From: Vicugna vicugna
Lineage: Eukaryota
Assembly: GCA_013265495.1 (NCBI GenBank)
Contig: MU058423.1
Location: 819,061-883,060 of the forward strand
DNA length: 64,000 nt
Direction of reading: 5' to 3'
The translations under genes were made by a program, and so were the position numbers. Of this stretch, positions 1 to 12,729 are shown piece after piece. The notes beneath the pieces are model-generated. The model was not told the origin of the DNA and did no database searches. It saw only the letters and a program-made list of their open reading frames with translations. Every line of letters begins with the position of its first letter. Within the stretch, counting starts at the first letter, position 1.

Positions 1-264
1 GTGAAGTCAACAACGATCCTAAAGAGGAACACCAAGCTGTCAACCTCCTCTCTTCCCAGGAGAAAATGGTGATGGTGCTCTCCCATCCAGGGGGATAGAG
101 AGGGTTTGGGAGCCTCTTGTAGTGAACGGCCATGGTTGTGGCTCGTGGGCCACTGACAATTCAATCCTGCCATGCTTGTTCACCAGAACATAGAACCTAA
201 GGTAGAGGGACAGGGGACACTGCAGTGGCTCCATCCCCGACGGCACTGAGCATCTGTGAGTACT

Positions 265-460
265 CGTAATAACAATGGCGAACACCTACCAGTCCTTAGC
301 CCTGCATGACCACATGTAATCCTCACAACAGCCCGAGGAGGGCTGTGGGATTGTGATGCCCACAGAGTAAAGGAGAAACCTGGGGCTGAGAGCTGCTCAC
401 CACAGAGAGGCCACCCAGCTGCGCAAGGGCAGATCCTGTAAAGCAGTGTGTGTTACAGAG
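265..460 (-). mobile_element. MIR SINE (degraded)
   Basis: Reverse MIR motifs AATCCTCACAAC...GGAGAAACCTGGGGC. Confidence 0.6.
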
Positions 461-1591
461 CCTGCTCTCGCCTTTGCAGCTCTTGACAGTAGGACTTTTC
501 CATTTCTTTCTGGAGTTGGGGGTGGTGGGTAGTGACACTAAGGTTCTGTAATCTTCCAGACTGGCACAGACAAGAATTCGGCCCCTTGTAGCTTTCCTGT
601 ACATCGTGTGACAGTTACACTGACGGGCCTTTGCTTCTCTTGGTACTGCTTGCTAGTTGTATCTCCCTTCTCATGCTGATCAGTAATCCATCACTCAGCA
701 AGTACACATCAACATGGACTCACTGTGCCATGGTCCATGGGGAGGGGCCCCAGCACCATGCCCCATGAATAGGGTCCTCGGACTCTAACCTCTCCCCCAC
801 GCTTCTCCCGTACTTGGCAATGAGCAGTGTGTCATTAAGAGACTTTCCTGGAAAGCCCGATTGGCCAGTCATTTGTTTCCGCTGCCACCTCCTCACCCCC
901 AGATGGCAATGGATGTTGCCATGACAACATAATGGGAAGCAATCACACCTATTGTGGGGCAAGAGTGTCGACTTGCATGAAAGAGCATGTGTGGGGCTGG
1001 GGAGATAAGAGAGACTAGACCTGCTTGTGCCCAGGAAGAAAGGAAGTTAATTCAGAATTGAGGAGCCTGGCTTCTGCATGTTCGGTCGACGCCTGTGGAA
1101 ACTTGCCAGGTCACGTGATTCACCGACTGACACAGTCTTACCCAAAAAAGGCACAGGACCAGGGCTTTAGATTCATTTTGAACCAAAACTTTGCCACAGG
1201 GTTGAGAACTTCTCTGTTACCCTAGTTATTTTTTATTCCTTTCTTGTCTTCCCTCCTTCCTCTCCTTTTCTGCACACACAACAGTACAACCTCCAAAAAG
1301 TTTGCAAGGCAATAGGTAGTATTTCCATAACATAGGAGAAGAACTCTGAGTTCTTTATTTTTGAGGCAAAAAAAAAGAAAAGTGTTGAATTTAGTCAAAG
1401 ACTCAAGGGAATCCATCATCAAATTGGAGAGTCACTGGAACCGGAAGTGAGCTGAAGTTAGGTAGGTGATGGGGAGCCTGGGAAGGAGGCAGGAAAGAGC
1501 AAATTATGGGAGGGAGCTGGGCGGGGAACAAGGGGAGTTGGACGTGGAGCCAGGAGCCCTAACTCTGAGTTTCGGTTCTGCTGTGACCGTT

Positions 1592-1940
1592 AGTGTGGTT
1601 AAGAGTTAGGTGTTCTAGAGTCCGACTCCCAAGTTCCGTTGCTGGCTCTGACACTTAACAGGTTTCCCGGTGTGGACCTGGGCAAGTTTTGCATCAGCCT
1701 GGGCCGAAAGAGGATTCGATGAGCTAACTAGGGACATGCCACAAGTGTTAGCTGCTGTTTTTACTGTGCAAGTTGAACAAGTTATTTCACCTCTCTGAGC
1801 CTTGATTTACTCATTAGCAAAATGGGAATTATATTTGCCACACAAGCAAATTTTTGTGAGGATTAAACAAGTTAATATGTCAGAGAGTACCTAGCAGCTG
1901 CTTTCCATACATACAACAGGTGCTCAATAAATGTCAGCCA
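1592..1940 (+). mobile_element. Two tandem MIR SINE fragments
   Basis: GTGTGGTTAAGAG head; CAAGTTATTTCACCTCTCTGAGCCT core; GTGAGGATTAAA; GCTCAATAAATGT tail. Confidence 0.8.
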
Positions 1941-2632
1941 AACCTTGATCTATTATTCGAAAGGAAGAAGGGAGTCGAGAAGATATTAAAACTCTCAACC
2001 CCGCATTCTTCTGTCCCATCTCACACAAACACATACCTTTAAAATACCTCTAATAGGCAATTCATCATTTTCTCCTCTTCAATCACCAGGTATTTGCAGG
2101 ATGCTGAACCGAGCTGGGTGCTATGGAAAGTACAAAAGTGCAGAGAGAGTGTCCTAACTGAAGGTGCTTTCAGGGTAGTTGAGGGAAAAGGAACACTGCA
2201 GGTAAGACAGTGATGCGTGCACTGTGAACCGCAGAATCCCCTGTACCGTGAACAGTGCTAGGTCCATGGTAGGTATTCTGCAAATATGTGTTGAAACAAA
2301 AATGAATGAGTAAATTTCAAGTAGAACAGCCATGAAATACTAAGCCAGGCAGTGTACACTGATGTCATTACAGAGGGGCGGAATCCAGCGAGTGCTGGAA
2401 TGCTTGGAAAGGTGGGCGGAGGAGCTGGGATGCGAGAGGCTTATGAAGGGTGGGCAGAACACCTGCACCCGCTTGTCATCATCAGGGCTCTGCGTCTGAG
2501 CGCCAGGTCTCCCGACGGCAGGGATCTGAAGCACTCCCTTCCGGTCCACTGGCCTGCCCAAAGCCCCATTAGATGTCACTCACCCCTGCCATGCCCACAA
2601 CTGACGTGCACATTGGACAAACACAAAGGACA

Positions 2633-3074
2633 TGCTTTGGTTACCTATTGCTGCATATCAGAGTACCCCAAAACTTAGCTCCTTAAAAAAACAACCATTT
2701 ATTATTTCTATGGGTCGAGATTCCAGGTCTGGCTTAGTTGGGTGCCTCTGTGGTAACAATCAGGATGTCAACCAGGGCTGCAGGCATCTGAAGTCTGACT
2801 CATGCCATTCTTGGCCCATGTCAGTCCCTCACCATGTGGCCTGCCTCTCAGCATGGGAGCTGGTTTCCCCAAGCACAAATGATCTAAGTGAGAGAGAGCC
2901 CAAGATGGACACCATAGTCTTCATAATCTTGGAAGTGAGATTCCATCACTTCTGCCATATTCTGTTAGTTAGAAGCAGGCCATTAAGTCTAGTCCATGCA
3001 CAAAGAAGGTACACAAGGTGTGAATACCAGGAGGCAGGGATCACTGGGGACCAACTGAGAGGCTGCCAAGCACA
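2633..3074 (-). mobile_element. MaLR (MLT1-family) solo LTR
   Basis: TG...CA termini flanked by perfect 5-bp TSD GGACA (2628-2632, 3075-3079); MLT1-like motifs CCCCAAAACTTAG, CATCACTTCTGCCATATTCT, CAAGGTGTGAATACCAGGAGGC. Confidence 0.9.
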
Positions 3075-4714
3075 GGACATAGGATGCTTTTTCTTCTAAG
3101 TCCAACAACTTGAAAGGAGAACCACAGCACGCTGGACTTAAGGGCCTTTTCAATGCATTTTGTTTGTTATTTTACACATGCGTAAAGCAAATATTGTCTT
3201 CTAAGTCTGCTGGGTCTGAGAACAACACCTGGGACTTCCCGAGCACACCCTAGCGACACATCTGTTCCCTTGTAGAGATAAGTTCAGTTCATCAGTCTTT
3301 ATGAGCACTTGTGCCCTACGAAGTGTGGTGGGTACCATGCCTGAAGGCTGATCCCAAAGGAACAGGAGCCCCGTGGAGGGGGAGGGGGAAAGCAGAGAAG
3401 GAATGAGGTCAGAGATGTCAACCCAGGGATGAGCCTGAACTGACCCAGAAGGGCAAGGAGATGTTAGCTAGGTGTGAGGAGTGGATGTTTCACTCAGTGG
3501 GTCAGTAGAAGCAGAAGTTCAGAGTGAAGAAAGGTGTCGTGGGTGGGGGACGACAAAGGCTTCGGGATGTGGGGGCCTGGGAGAGTCGAGGGCAGGTGGG
3601 AAGCTTTGGAAGCACAGCTGCCCAGTGGTTAAGTGGGCAGCTGATTCTCTAGCTCCCTTTGGATCCATCTCGATGGCCTTGGTCAGACTGGATTAAGGAG
3701 TGGATGTCCTGTGCACAGGCAGATCTGGAGTAAGGAAGGAATGAACAATCAGCCGACCTGATGTCCCAGCCCCAACCTTGAGGATTGAAGGGTGGTCTCT
3801 GAGCCCAGAGTAGGGCAGGGGAGCAAGGTGCAGGTTCGCACACAACCAGGTCAAGCCTGGGGCAACGTTCAAAACCCAAGTCACGAGTTTGGATCGATAA
3901 GACAGGAAAAGAGTGATGTTTGTTCAGGTTTTTAAAAATAATTCAGTGATATGCCAAGTGTCACAAGGCACAAGTGAATGACCAACTGCCAAATACGGGT
4001 TACTGACACTAGGCCACATCCTGTCAGAGAGGCGGAAACTCTCCCTTCCAGGGTGGCCTGGCGGGGTGGTACTGCCTGCAGGCTTTAGCACATGGCGGGG
4101 TGTGAGCTGGGCAAGATGTCGTGCTGTGTCCCAGGCAGGGCAGGCAGCGCACGCATTCGGGTGTGCTCACCGTCCCGGACGCTGGGCCAGAGCGGCTGAG
4201 AGGGTGGGCTCCCGAACCCCACCTGCACTGCAGGGCGGGGGCTTCCGTGTGTCTGTCTCCGCTTTCTTGTCTAGCCCGACAGCTCTTTCTTCAAACTAAG
4301 GAGTCTAGGACAGGAGAAGCAGCATCCTTCCCAGACACCACCTCTTGGGGGTGGGTCTCCCCTGGCCACTTCTGCACTCACGGTCCCAAGAACACAGAGC
4401 TTGGAGTGGGGGAGATTGTGGATTTCCCCTGGTTCTTTACCCATCTAGTAATGACTACTGACAACTCACAGCAGAGCTGTGGGGTCCTCGTCTGTAAAAC
4501 CAAGGGGCTTCAAAAAGTGATTCTCTGCTCTGGCTGTTCATTGGCATCACCCAGGGAGCCTTCTGAAGTGGGCGATGTCCCAGCCTCACCATGAGGAATT
4601 TGACTTTAAGGGCCTGGGCTAAAGTCCCAGCATCACTGTTCCTTCCCCAGACCTGGAGTCTGACTCGGGACTGGGGCCCCTGGAGCACTGCCAGCTTCCT
4701 CTGTGAATCCCAGC

Positions 4715-4875
4715 GGGCTGCACACCACGGTCACCTGGGGACTGATGAATCCCCTACCCTGTGCCTCCTGATGCAGGATCTCGAGGTCAAGGTGAGGCTC
4801 ACGAGTCTGCATTTAAGAATCTCTCTGGGTGTCTCGGATGCTGCAGGTTCTCAGTCCAGTGATGGGAAACACGGG
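4715..4875. mobile_element. MER5-like hAT-Charlie MITE (degraded)
   Basis: GAGTCTGCATTTAAGAA...GATGCTGCAGG resembles the MER5A core. Confidence 0.55.
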
Positions 4876-7534
4876 ATGTCCTTACCCAGAATTGGAGCAA
4901 GAAAACTTGTGTGTGTCTGTTCTGTCACTTACTGGGAGTTCTTGTGAAAAGCACCGAACCCCTCCGTTCTCACATCAAATACAATTCTAGCAATCCTTCA
5001 CAGGGATGTGGTGAGCCACGAAGAGGCTGGTACAAACGGTATTACCGTTTTAATGATTTCCCTGTTGCCTGGGTGTTCTGGGCACGGGTTTCCACACTGG
5101 TATATCCTGCTCTGTGCCTTCAGGCACAGCCCCCCACACCCAGCGCCATGTGGTCATAAATGCTCAGTCGAAGGGTGTGGATGGGGAGAGAATGAAGACC
5201 CGGGCCTGCTCTGGTGTGTGCCTCAGAAATCCACTGAAAGAACGAGACCACGCAGTTTCTAAATCAGTCATTTGAGCTGGTTTAGCATGAAAGGCTCTGA
5301 TGAGCCGGGACTGATTCATCCATTCTCCGTATTCTGGAGAGGCGCACGGCCGAGGTCCCGGAGAATGCCGTGGACTTCCGGCATGAATACCACCGCCTGC
5401 CTCCCTTCCATCGCCAGCAGGGCTGCCCTCTCTGCAGGTGGCCGAGACACAAAGCCACCACCTGAGTGGCCAGGGCAGAGGGATGAGGCCCCAAGGGTGG
5501 GCTGAGCGTGTGTCCTGAGTCTGCCTCCCCACAGCCAAGCCCCCGTCCCCTCCCCTCTGGGCTGTGTGAGGTCGCCATGGTGACTTTCCATCCTAGTATG
5601 TCAGGGCTCTGTCAGAGCCAATCGGTGGCAGGTGCAGATAAGGGTCTCTAAGCAGGGGCGGCTGTCACGCAGCCTGCGGCCGCCAAGCACAGCATCGATT
5701 CTCGCCTGTGCCCGTGCCCACAGAGGACGAGAGAGGCTGGGGGAGGAGGGAGCCCTTTCTATATTTAGCTTCCGCACGGGTACATCCCGGTGGACAGCTT
5801 CGAAAGAGGCTGCCTTCCAGCCCAGCATGGGAAGGTTTAAGATTCCTCAATTAGGCACACTCTACGTGGGGCCGTGTTTGGCCCATTGAGAGGGTTTAAA
5901 AAAAAAAAACAGGTAAAAAGGAAAGCAAGAGGGAAGAGAACAACAAAGCTAAGCTGATGTATAGCAGTGAGGGAAACTGCCCTTGAGCATCTCCTCTGCC
6001 CAACCACCCACAGCCCCATCCCCGGACCTACGGGACAGTGCGGGGTGGGCGGGGGTGCTGCCGGCCAGGGCAGGCATTGGAACAGGAGCATCAGAGAACG
6101 GGATTCTCCGGACTGTTGAGCATTTTGGCCCTTGGATGCTGCCTGAAGCTGAGACAGAGCAATTAAGTATTTGTCCAGGGCCCTAGATCGTGACCCTTTG
6201 GAGGGACTCTTGTTTGGGAGAGGGGACGGGAGGGACTTGGGTCACTGGAAATTCCAGTTAATGGCCTGATGGCCCGGGGATTTGCTCTAAGCCTCCCCAT
6301 CTCTCCTCCAAAGCCCTCCAAGACACGTGGAAGGGATGCAGCACACTGGGGGAGCCAGAGTGCTGACAAATTGTTTATTTGCCTGAATTCACTGGGTAAT
6401 TGCATGTCCCTCGCTTTGCCCAGGCTGTGACCCACTCAGTGGCCTGGACCGAGCTCCCTCAGCCCAGGGTGTCGTAGAGAGAGAAGCACAGGAGAGATTG
6501 AGGCTCTGGCCTCCCAAGGTTCACGAGCCTCTGGGAACACAGGCATGAAAAGGAGACCAGAAGACAGACCCAGAGGACAGACAGATCCTGGTGCAAATGA
6601 GCATGTGAATGGGTGCGGGCCTATGGGAGGAGCATTCCGGGGGGTCTGGGGGGCTAGGACTCAAGGCAGAAGACCCGCCTGGCTCCGGCCTTGCACTTTC
6701 CCCAACCAGTCTTGTGTGGGGAGTACTTAGCCCACCTGGCATCTTCAGGGATATTGGTGATGCCAGGCAAGGCATTCTGCGCCAAGTTCATTAGCATTGT
6801 TCAAATTTTGCCTGAATATGACAGTAGATGCAAATGACCCTGCTGCTTAATGAGCAAGTTAAGAGCCAGATCAGAAATCGATGGCTTCTCCCCTGGAGCC
6901 TTCACTCTGTCACTCTGAGCCTGGGAGAGATGAGCTTTCAGAGCCTTGAACTGCAGTTGACTGGGGATGCCATCCCCAGGCAGCTGGGCTATTTGTAAGC
7001 TGGGACTTTTGGCACCTCTTGCCTCCTCAGCCACATTCATGTTGAATGTCAGGACCCTCCCCTCCCACCTGCCACCTACTCAGCTCTTCCTGCACTAACG
7101 CTGACCCGCTGGTAGTAAGTAGGTGCCAAGGAAGGCCTTAGAAGGGTGCTGGAACTAGCACTTCCCTACTGCTCGGCCTGATCTGAGGGTCACCAGACCT
7201 TCAGGGACAGTGACCCAGTGTATGTCACAGGCTGAAGCCAAAGAGAAAGGGTCCCACCTCCCTCTCTGCACAGCCCAGCCCAGCCCTAGAGCACACTGGA
7301 TGGAAGAATTCCTTCTGGCCCTCAGGGTCTGTTTCTGAGCTTCTGCAGGCTGTGCTTGTGCATGTGTGTCAGCATTTATACATGTATGCGAGGCTCTTTA
7401 TTATGAATCCATATGTCCGTGTACAAGTAAATATGTATCTTTAAAAAATTTATTTAACACTACGTGAAAGACTATGCTGCTCTCTAAAGTGCATTGAAAA
7501 TGGGCAGAGGAGCATGTGAAGATTATATAAAGAG

Positions 7535-7780
7535 AATTATATTATTTGCTGAGCACTAGTAGAGTCCAGGCACTGTATTAGATGCTTGACATCAGAGCCT
7601 TTCATTTATGCCTCATGACACCCTTGAAGTGTTAACCCCGGTTTGCAGATGAGAAAACTAAGGATCAGAGAGGTTAAACTCACCCAGGGGCACAACACAG
7701 GAAAGCAGCTGGCAAACCTCAGACTTGAATCCAGAGGATCTCCTGCTCCCGAGCTCTGAACCACTAGCCATGAATTACAC
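7535..7780 (-). mobile_element. MIR SINE
   Basis: CCAGGCACTGT...TTTGCAGATGAGAAAACTAAGG...AGAGAGGTTAA...TTGAATCCAG. Confidence 0.85.
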
Positions 7781-9299
7781 ATGGCCCTGCCTTCAGGAGC
7801 CTTCACACTAGGGTGCAGTGAGCCCAGGCAGGTACATTACACAGTGTAACTGCTGTAATTACAAAGCAGGGAGGAGGCAGGGTCGTAGTGCAGTCGGCTT
7901 GTATTTGACCAGGAGGGCAGTGCTAGGTCCAGGGTCCTGCCAAGGAGCTGTAAATTTCAGCCACACTATGTTGTCTCCCATCGGCACTCATCTTTGTCCC
8001 ACGGTACCTTTTCTCCCGTCAAATTGTCATCAGTTGCTCCAGGGCCCCATCGAAGCTCAGGGCAGTTGCTATTGGAAACAGTTTTTATTAAGTCACTTGC
8101 CCCTCATCTCTTTCCTCCACCCCTTTATTCCCTGCACCCTAGATTGTCTGACTTGCAGTACAAGGTGCCCCACATATTAGATACCCAGAGGCGGGGCCCA
8201 CTCTGGACTGGCCTCCCCCTCACTGCTAATGTGTGCCCCATGCCTGCTTCGGGTCCACTGGCAAGGCGCTGGGAGCAGGGACCCACCATTCTTCAGTTAC
8301 CTGCTGCATCTGAGAGGTGTCATTGGACATCTTAGAGGCGCTGGGAGATTCTGAATCTTCAAGCATCTTAATGTTTTAGAGACTTGAGCACCGAGCAGGA
8401 CATAAGGACACATGGAATCTTACTTGGCTTTGTCACTGCCTAATGGAGTGGTTTGTGGTCCTCAGCTTCTGTGGGGCTCTGCCTTCATTTGGATGGTCTC
8501 TAAGTTCCAGCACTGATAAGGGTTCTTGTAGGGCACAGGACCCCTGGGAACCTGAGGGGTAAAGGCTGCAGTGGGAGATGCTGCTCTCGGGGTCTACATG
8601 GCTACCTGGATGAAGAGCCTGGTTCAAGGTGAGCTCAGGCTGGGGCTTTGGGGCCCCAGTTAAGAGGTTTGGCCTGGATCTCTAAGCACATCTGCCAAGG
8701 AAGAGAAAGCATTCTTCCTAACCCCTTCCCAGTGGTACCGGCAATGGGCATCCCACCACCCCTACCCCACAGAGGTTCTGTGCTGCTGTCTAGCATTTAT
8801 TGTCCTGACTTATTTCTATGCGATCTCATTCCCTAGTCGGAGAGCTGCTCCTCTTAATTCATCATGTTTATCTCAGTGTCCCCAGTGCCTAGCTAGGGGC
8901 CTGCCGCTGCACAGCAAGTGAGCTATGAGTGTTTGTTGTACAAATAAATGAAAGTGTGGCACTGGCCTTTAGAGTGCAGTCTGTCTTTGGCTCAAGCCGG
9001 AAGGTATTTATGCTAATGAGTGTTGATCTTGCCTCTCCAACTAGAAAGTAACTCCTGTAGGAGGGGAGCTTGACTTAATTCTGTGTCTTGCAAAGGCTCT
9101 CACCCATTCTGGGCACAAAGATATGCTCAGTGTAAGTTAAAATAAACGGGATGGAATACGACATATCACCCTTTGCACTCCAGGGGCAACTGCTTTGATT
9201 CTTTGGGGCATGTCACTATTTAGCCTTAATTACTTGATTTTATGTTAGCTGTGGGAACCGGTCTGACTGAATGATGAGATTTGGTTGCTGGATAATAGC

Positions 9300-9600
9300 T
9301 AACAATAATAACCACCTTATATTGAATGCTTAATATGTGACATTGCTGTGATAAATACTTTACTTCCCTCATCTCATTTAATCCCAATAACAATCCTTCT
9401 GAATTCATTTATTCATCTATTCAGCCAATTCAGCCAATATTTTCTGAGCATTCACTGTTTGCGAGGCAATGGGCAGCCAGTGCTGTACGAGATAAACATG
9501 GTTTTATTTTCCCTGGTTTACAGTTGAGGAAATGGACTCAGGGACTCTCGGTGACTTGCCTGCAGTCACCAGGCTCCTACGTGGCAAAACTGCGTCTAAA
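9300..9600 (-). mobile_element. MIR SINE interrupted by an L2 3' fragment
   Basis: CTCATTTAATCCC...(TTCATTTATTCATCTATTCAGCC L2 tail)...TTTACAGTTGAGGAAATGGACTCAG. Confidence 0.7.
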
Positions 9601-11699
9601 TCATCTTTTCTCTTCACTGCATCAGGGAAATGGTGCCCCTGCTGCAAACTCAAGTTTGTAGCCGTTTGCAGAGTGGAGGTTGCTGTTTGTTTCCTCTGGA
9701 AACTGACAGCGCCTTATGCAAATGGATGTTTGGCTGAGAAATGCACTTGCCAGCAGTCCCTGAAATGCTCTCTGGTAGGGGGATGGGGGGAGCACATGGG
9801 TTAAGGTCTTGGGGAAACGTCCCAGCACCCTCCTCTGGACACAGCATCATCGGGCTCTCAGGGAGACATAAAGACGTTGTCTTTCCTGCCAGAGGTGACA
9901 CGGACAAGTGGGAGAATGTGTAGGGGAGAGAAGACAAGGCTTGGGTAGGGTGGGGTCTCTGGAGAGAGACTCAGGGGAGGCGTGGGAGAGGTGATCAGCA
10001 GCACTGCTGCTGGCCCTCATCGTCCCCTGCCCGGGCCACACTGGACAGTGTCCCTGGGAAGCATTGTCTGGATGTCCCCACAAGGGACTCATGGAGGCTG
10101 TGAAGGAGTCTCAAACTCTCCTCTGGAAGCACTCCTGCCCCTCCTCGTCCCCAGGGCACGCCCACGTCTAAGTGCTCACTCACACATACACCCACGTGGG
10201 CAGGTGGCTCGCATGGGGGTGTCCAGCTCTTCCGGTTCCTCTGTTCCCTTTGGCCACCACGCTGCACTCCTACGTACACATGTGTGTGCACACACATTCA
10301 AGGGGATGTTTGACTCACCCTTCCCAGGTCTGTGCAGCTAACAGAACCATCAGTCACCACTGTGGTTGGCCGAGGCAGCGGGAAGCTGCAGGCATGAGGG
10401 TCAGATGTGTGATTGGTGTGGAACCTGGTAGGTCTTTCTGCAGACATAACTCCTGTCACCTAGAACCAGAGGCAGAAGGCCAGGGCCACCCTGGTCTCCC
10501 CACCCCAGTTCCAGCCTCAGGCCAAGAAACAGAATATAAAGACTCTTTTGGATGATTGTTCATCAGAAAAAAACTTGGGAGGCAAACGATGGAAGCGGAG
10601 AGGGGCTGACATTTGCAGAGGCTTCCTGTGGACAACACCTTGGTCTTTACCCTCACGCTTCGTCTCATCCTCATAAGAATGAGCACGCCTGTTTTACAGA
10701 CGGGCGGGCAGGCCCAGTGGAGTGGTCCTAGGAATAGTGATAAGTTAGGGATTCAGACAAAAGCCCGGGAGAGACTGAATAAAGGCTTGATGGTGGCCTC
10801 TGGGGGTCAAGTCAGCAGCTAGAGGCCCTCTGGGACAAGCAAGGAGCCCTGAGCACCTAGTGCTGGGAGGCTTGGAGAGGGGAGAAGAGAGCGCTCCTGC
10901 CGCAGCTACCAGGAGGGAGGGATGGGAGGACGCCACCTCTTCTGGAACTAGTGTGACCACAGGGAAGGGAGTGCTGGAGATGGTGCTGAGCCCCTGGTGC
11001 TCATCAGAGGGGCCAGGGCATCGCCATGTCCGGCCAGCGGTGTCCCCACAGCCCTGAGGGCTGGAGGCTGCTGTGGTCACGGGGAACTATGTCTCCTGGG
11101 AGGCCTGGAGCATGTCCCCTACCCCCACCTGCACTCCCTGCTCTCTGCTCCGGTGGCCTCTGCTTGGACCTGCTTCCTCTGGGAAGCGGTCCACGACCCC
11201 ACACTATGGCCTCTGCTCTTTCCCTGTCCCTTTCTGCTCTGTCCGTGTCACCTTTCTGTCCCTGGGACTCTGAGATCCCGGAGAGCAAGGCCTGCACTTT
11301 GGTTACAGTTAAAGCCCCCCACTCAGTAAATAACTACAAGACACAGGTACTGATCACAATGCCGCTCAGTTCACTTACTGAAAAGTCCCCTTGTGCTGGT
11401 CCCCAGAGAGCCAGTCCTGGCCCTCGGGGAGCTCGCAGTCTCCCAGGGTAGCTGGCCACACACACCGCCGACTGCAACCCTGTGCAGTCAGTGTCAGATC
11501 CCAATCATAATAGCCATGCTTTCCACACTCTTCCCATGTGCCGCACGTGGAGGGGCTGGCTTTGAGCTGCGGGAGAGCCCATGAAGGAGCAGTTAACCCT
11601 GCTGTTAGAGTCAAGGAGGGCTTCTCGGAGCAGGAGGCTGGGCTTTTTTAAAATTCATTTTTATTTCCTGCCCCAGGAGTATAATCAAAGTAAAGACTA

Positions 11700-11920
11700 A
11701 GATAATAAGAGTGAAAATGACTAGAGTCCTTCACACTCCAAGCACTCCGCATGGATTAATTTCTTCATCTTCACAGCTCCCTGAGGGGTACTGTTGTGGA
11801 CCCTATTTAACAGATGAGGAAACAGAGCCGGGAAGGTAAATGACGCATCTAGGGCCACAGGTAAAGCCAGGAGCTGGGATACAAACCCAGGCAGTTGGTT
11901 TCAAGGCTGATCTCTTAAGG
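11700..11920 (-). mobile_element. MIR SINE
   Basis: TTTAACAGATGAGGAAACAGAG...AAACCCAGGCAGT. Confidence 0.8.
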
Positions 11921-12715
11921 ATGCCCAAGGACTGATAAGGCTGGGTAAGGAGAGACATTATGTTTTGTGGAAGGGCATTTGGAGATGAAAGACCTCTTAT
12001 GTCTCAAAGTATTTGGTGGTCTAAGGCATATTAGGAAATAAAAAGTATTTTCTCCTTTATAGCTCACCAACTTTTATCCATCCTTCAGATTCTTTATGGA
12101 AATAAAGTACTAGGTGCATTTCTCTGTTTTGAGACCTGGTTCTGGGGACCAGAACCCAGTACCTTTTTCACTCCTACCCTCTCCTCTCCATATATACACC
12201 TAAACCCACAAGCCTGCACCTACACCCAACTTCCCTTGCCCACATATAGATGATCTACCATGACACCTACACATGGACCCATTTGCCTTTGTCTCATCCC
12301 AGCACACACCTCCCAGACCTGCATGCCCAGCCCCATGTGATCCCACGTCTGCAGGCCCACCTGTACTCCGCCCCTCACTCTCCCACCCCTCTGCTCCCAG
12401 ATACGCCTCCTTATTCACATAGGAAGGAACACAAGCCCTCACTGCACGCCCATCTGCCTGTACACACACAGGTGAGGCCTGCGTGCCCAACTACCCCACA
12501 CGTAGGTACGAGCATCCAGGGACACCCCCCCCATCCTCATGGAGGCAGTGAGGTGGAAGCCACAAAACCCGGGGCAAAGTCTTGAAGGACATTTGGGGCT
12601 GAGGTCCAGCCCCCTGCCAGGGACTCAGGTCAGCAGCTTTCTGGGTGAGAAGAATAAGGAGAGAGCAAACCATGGAGGCTGGGAGGACACCCTTCACCTG
12701 TCTAGGCTGTGAGGA

Positions 12716-12729
12716 CCACCAGGGGGCAG
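12716..12729 (+). promoter_or_regulatory. Putative CTCF binding site
   Basis: CCACCAGGGGGCAG matches the CTCF core consensus CCASYAGRKGGCRS. Confidence 0.5.
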
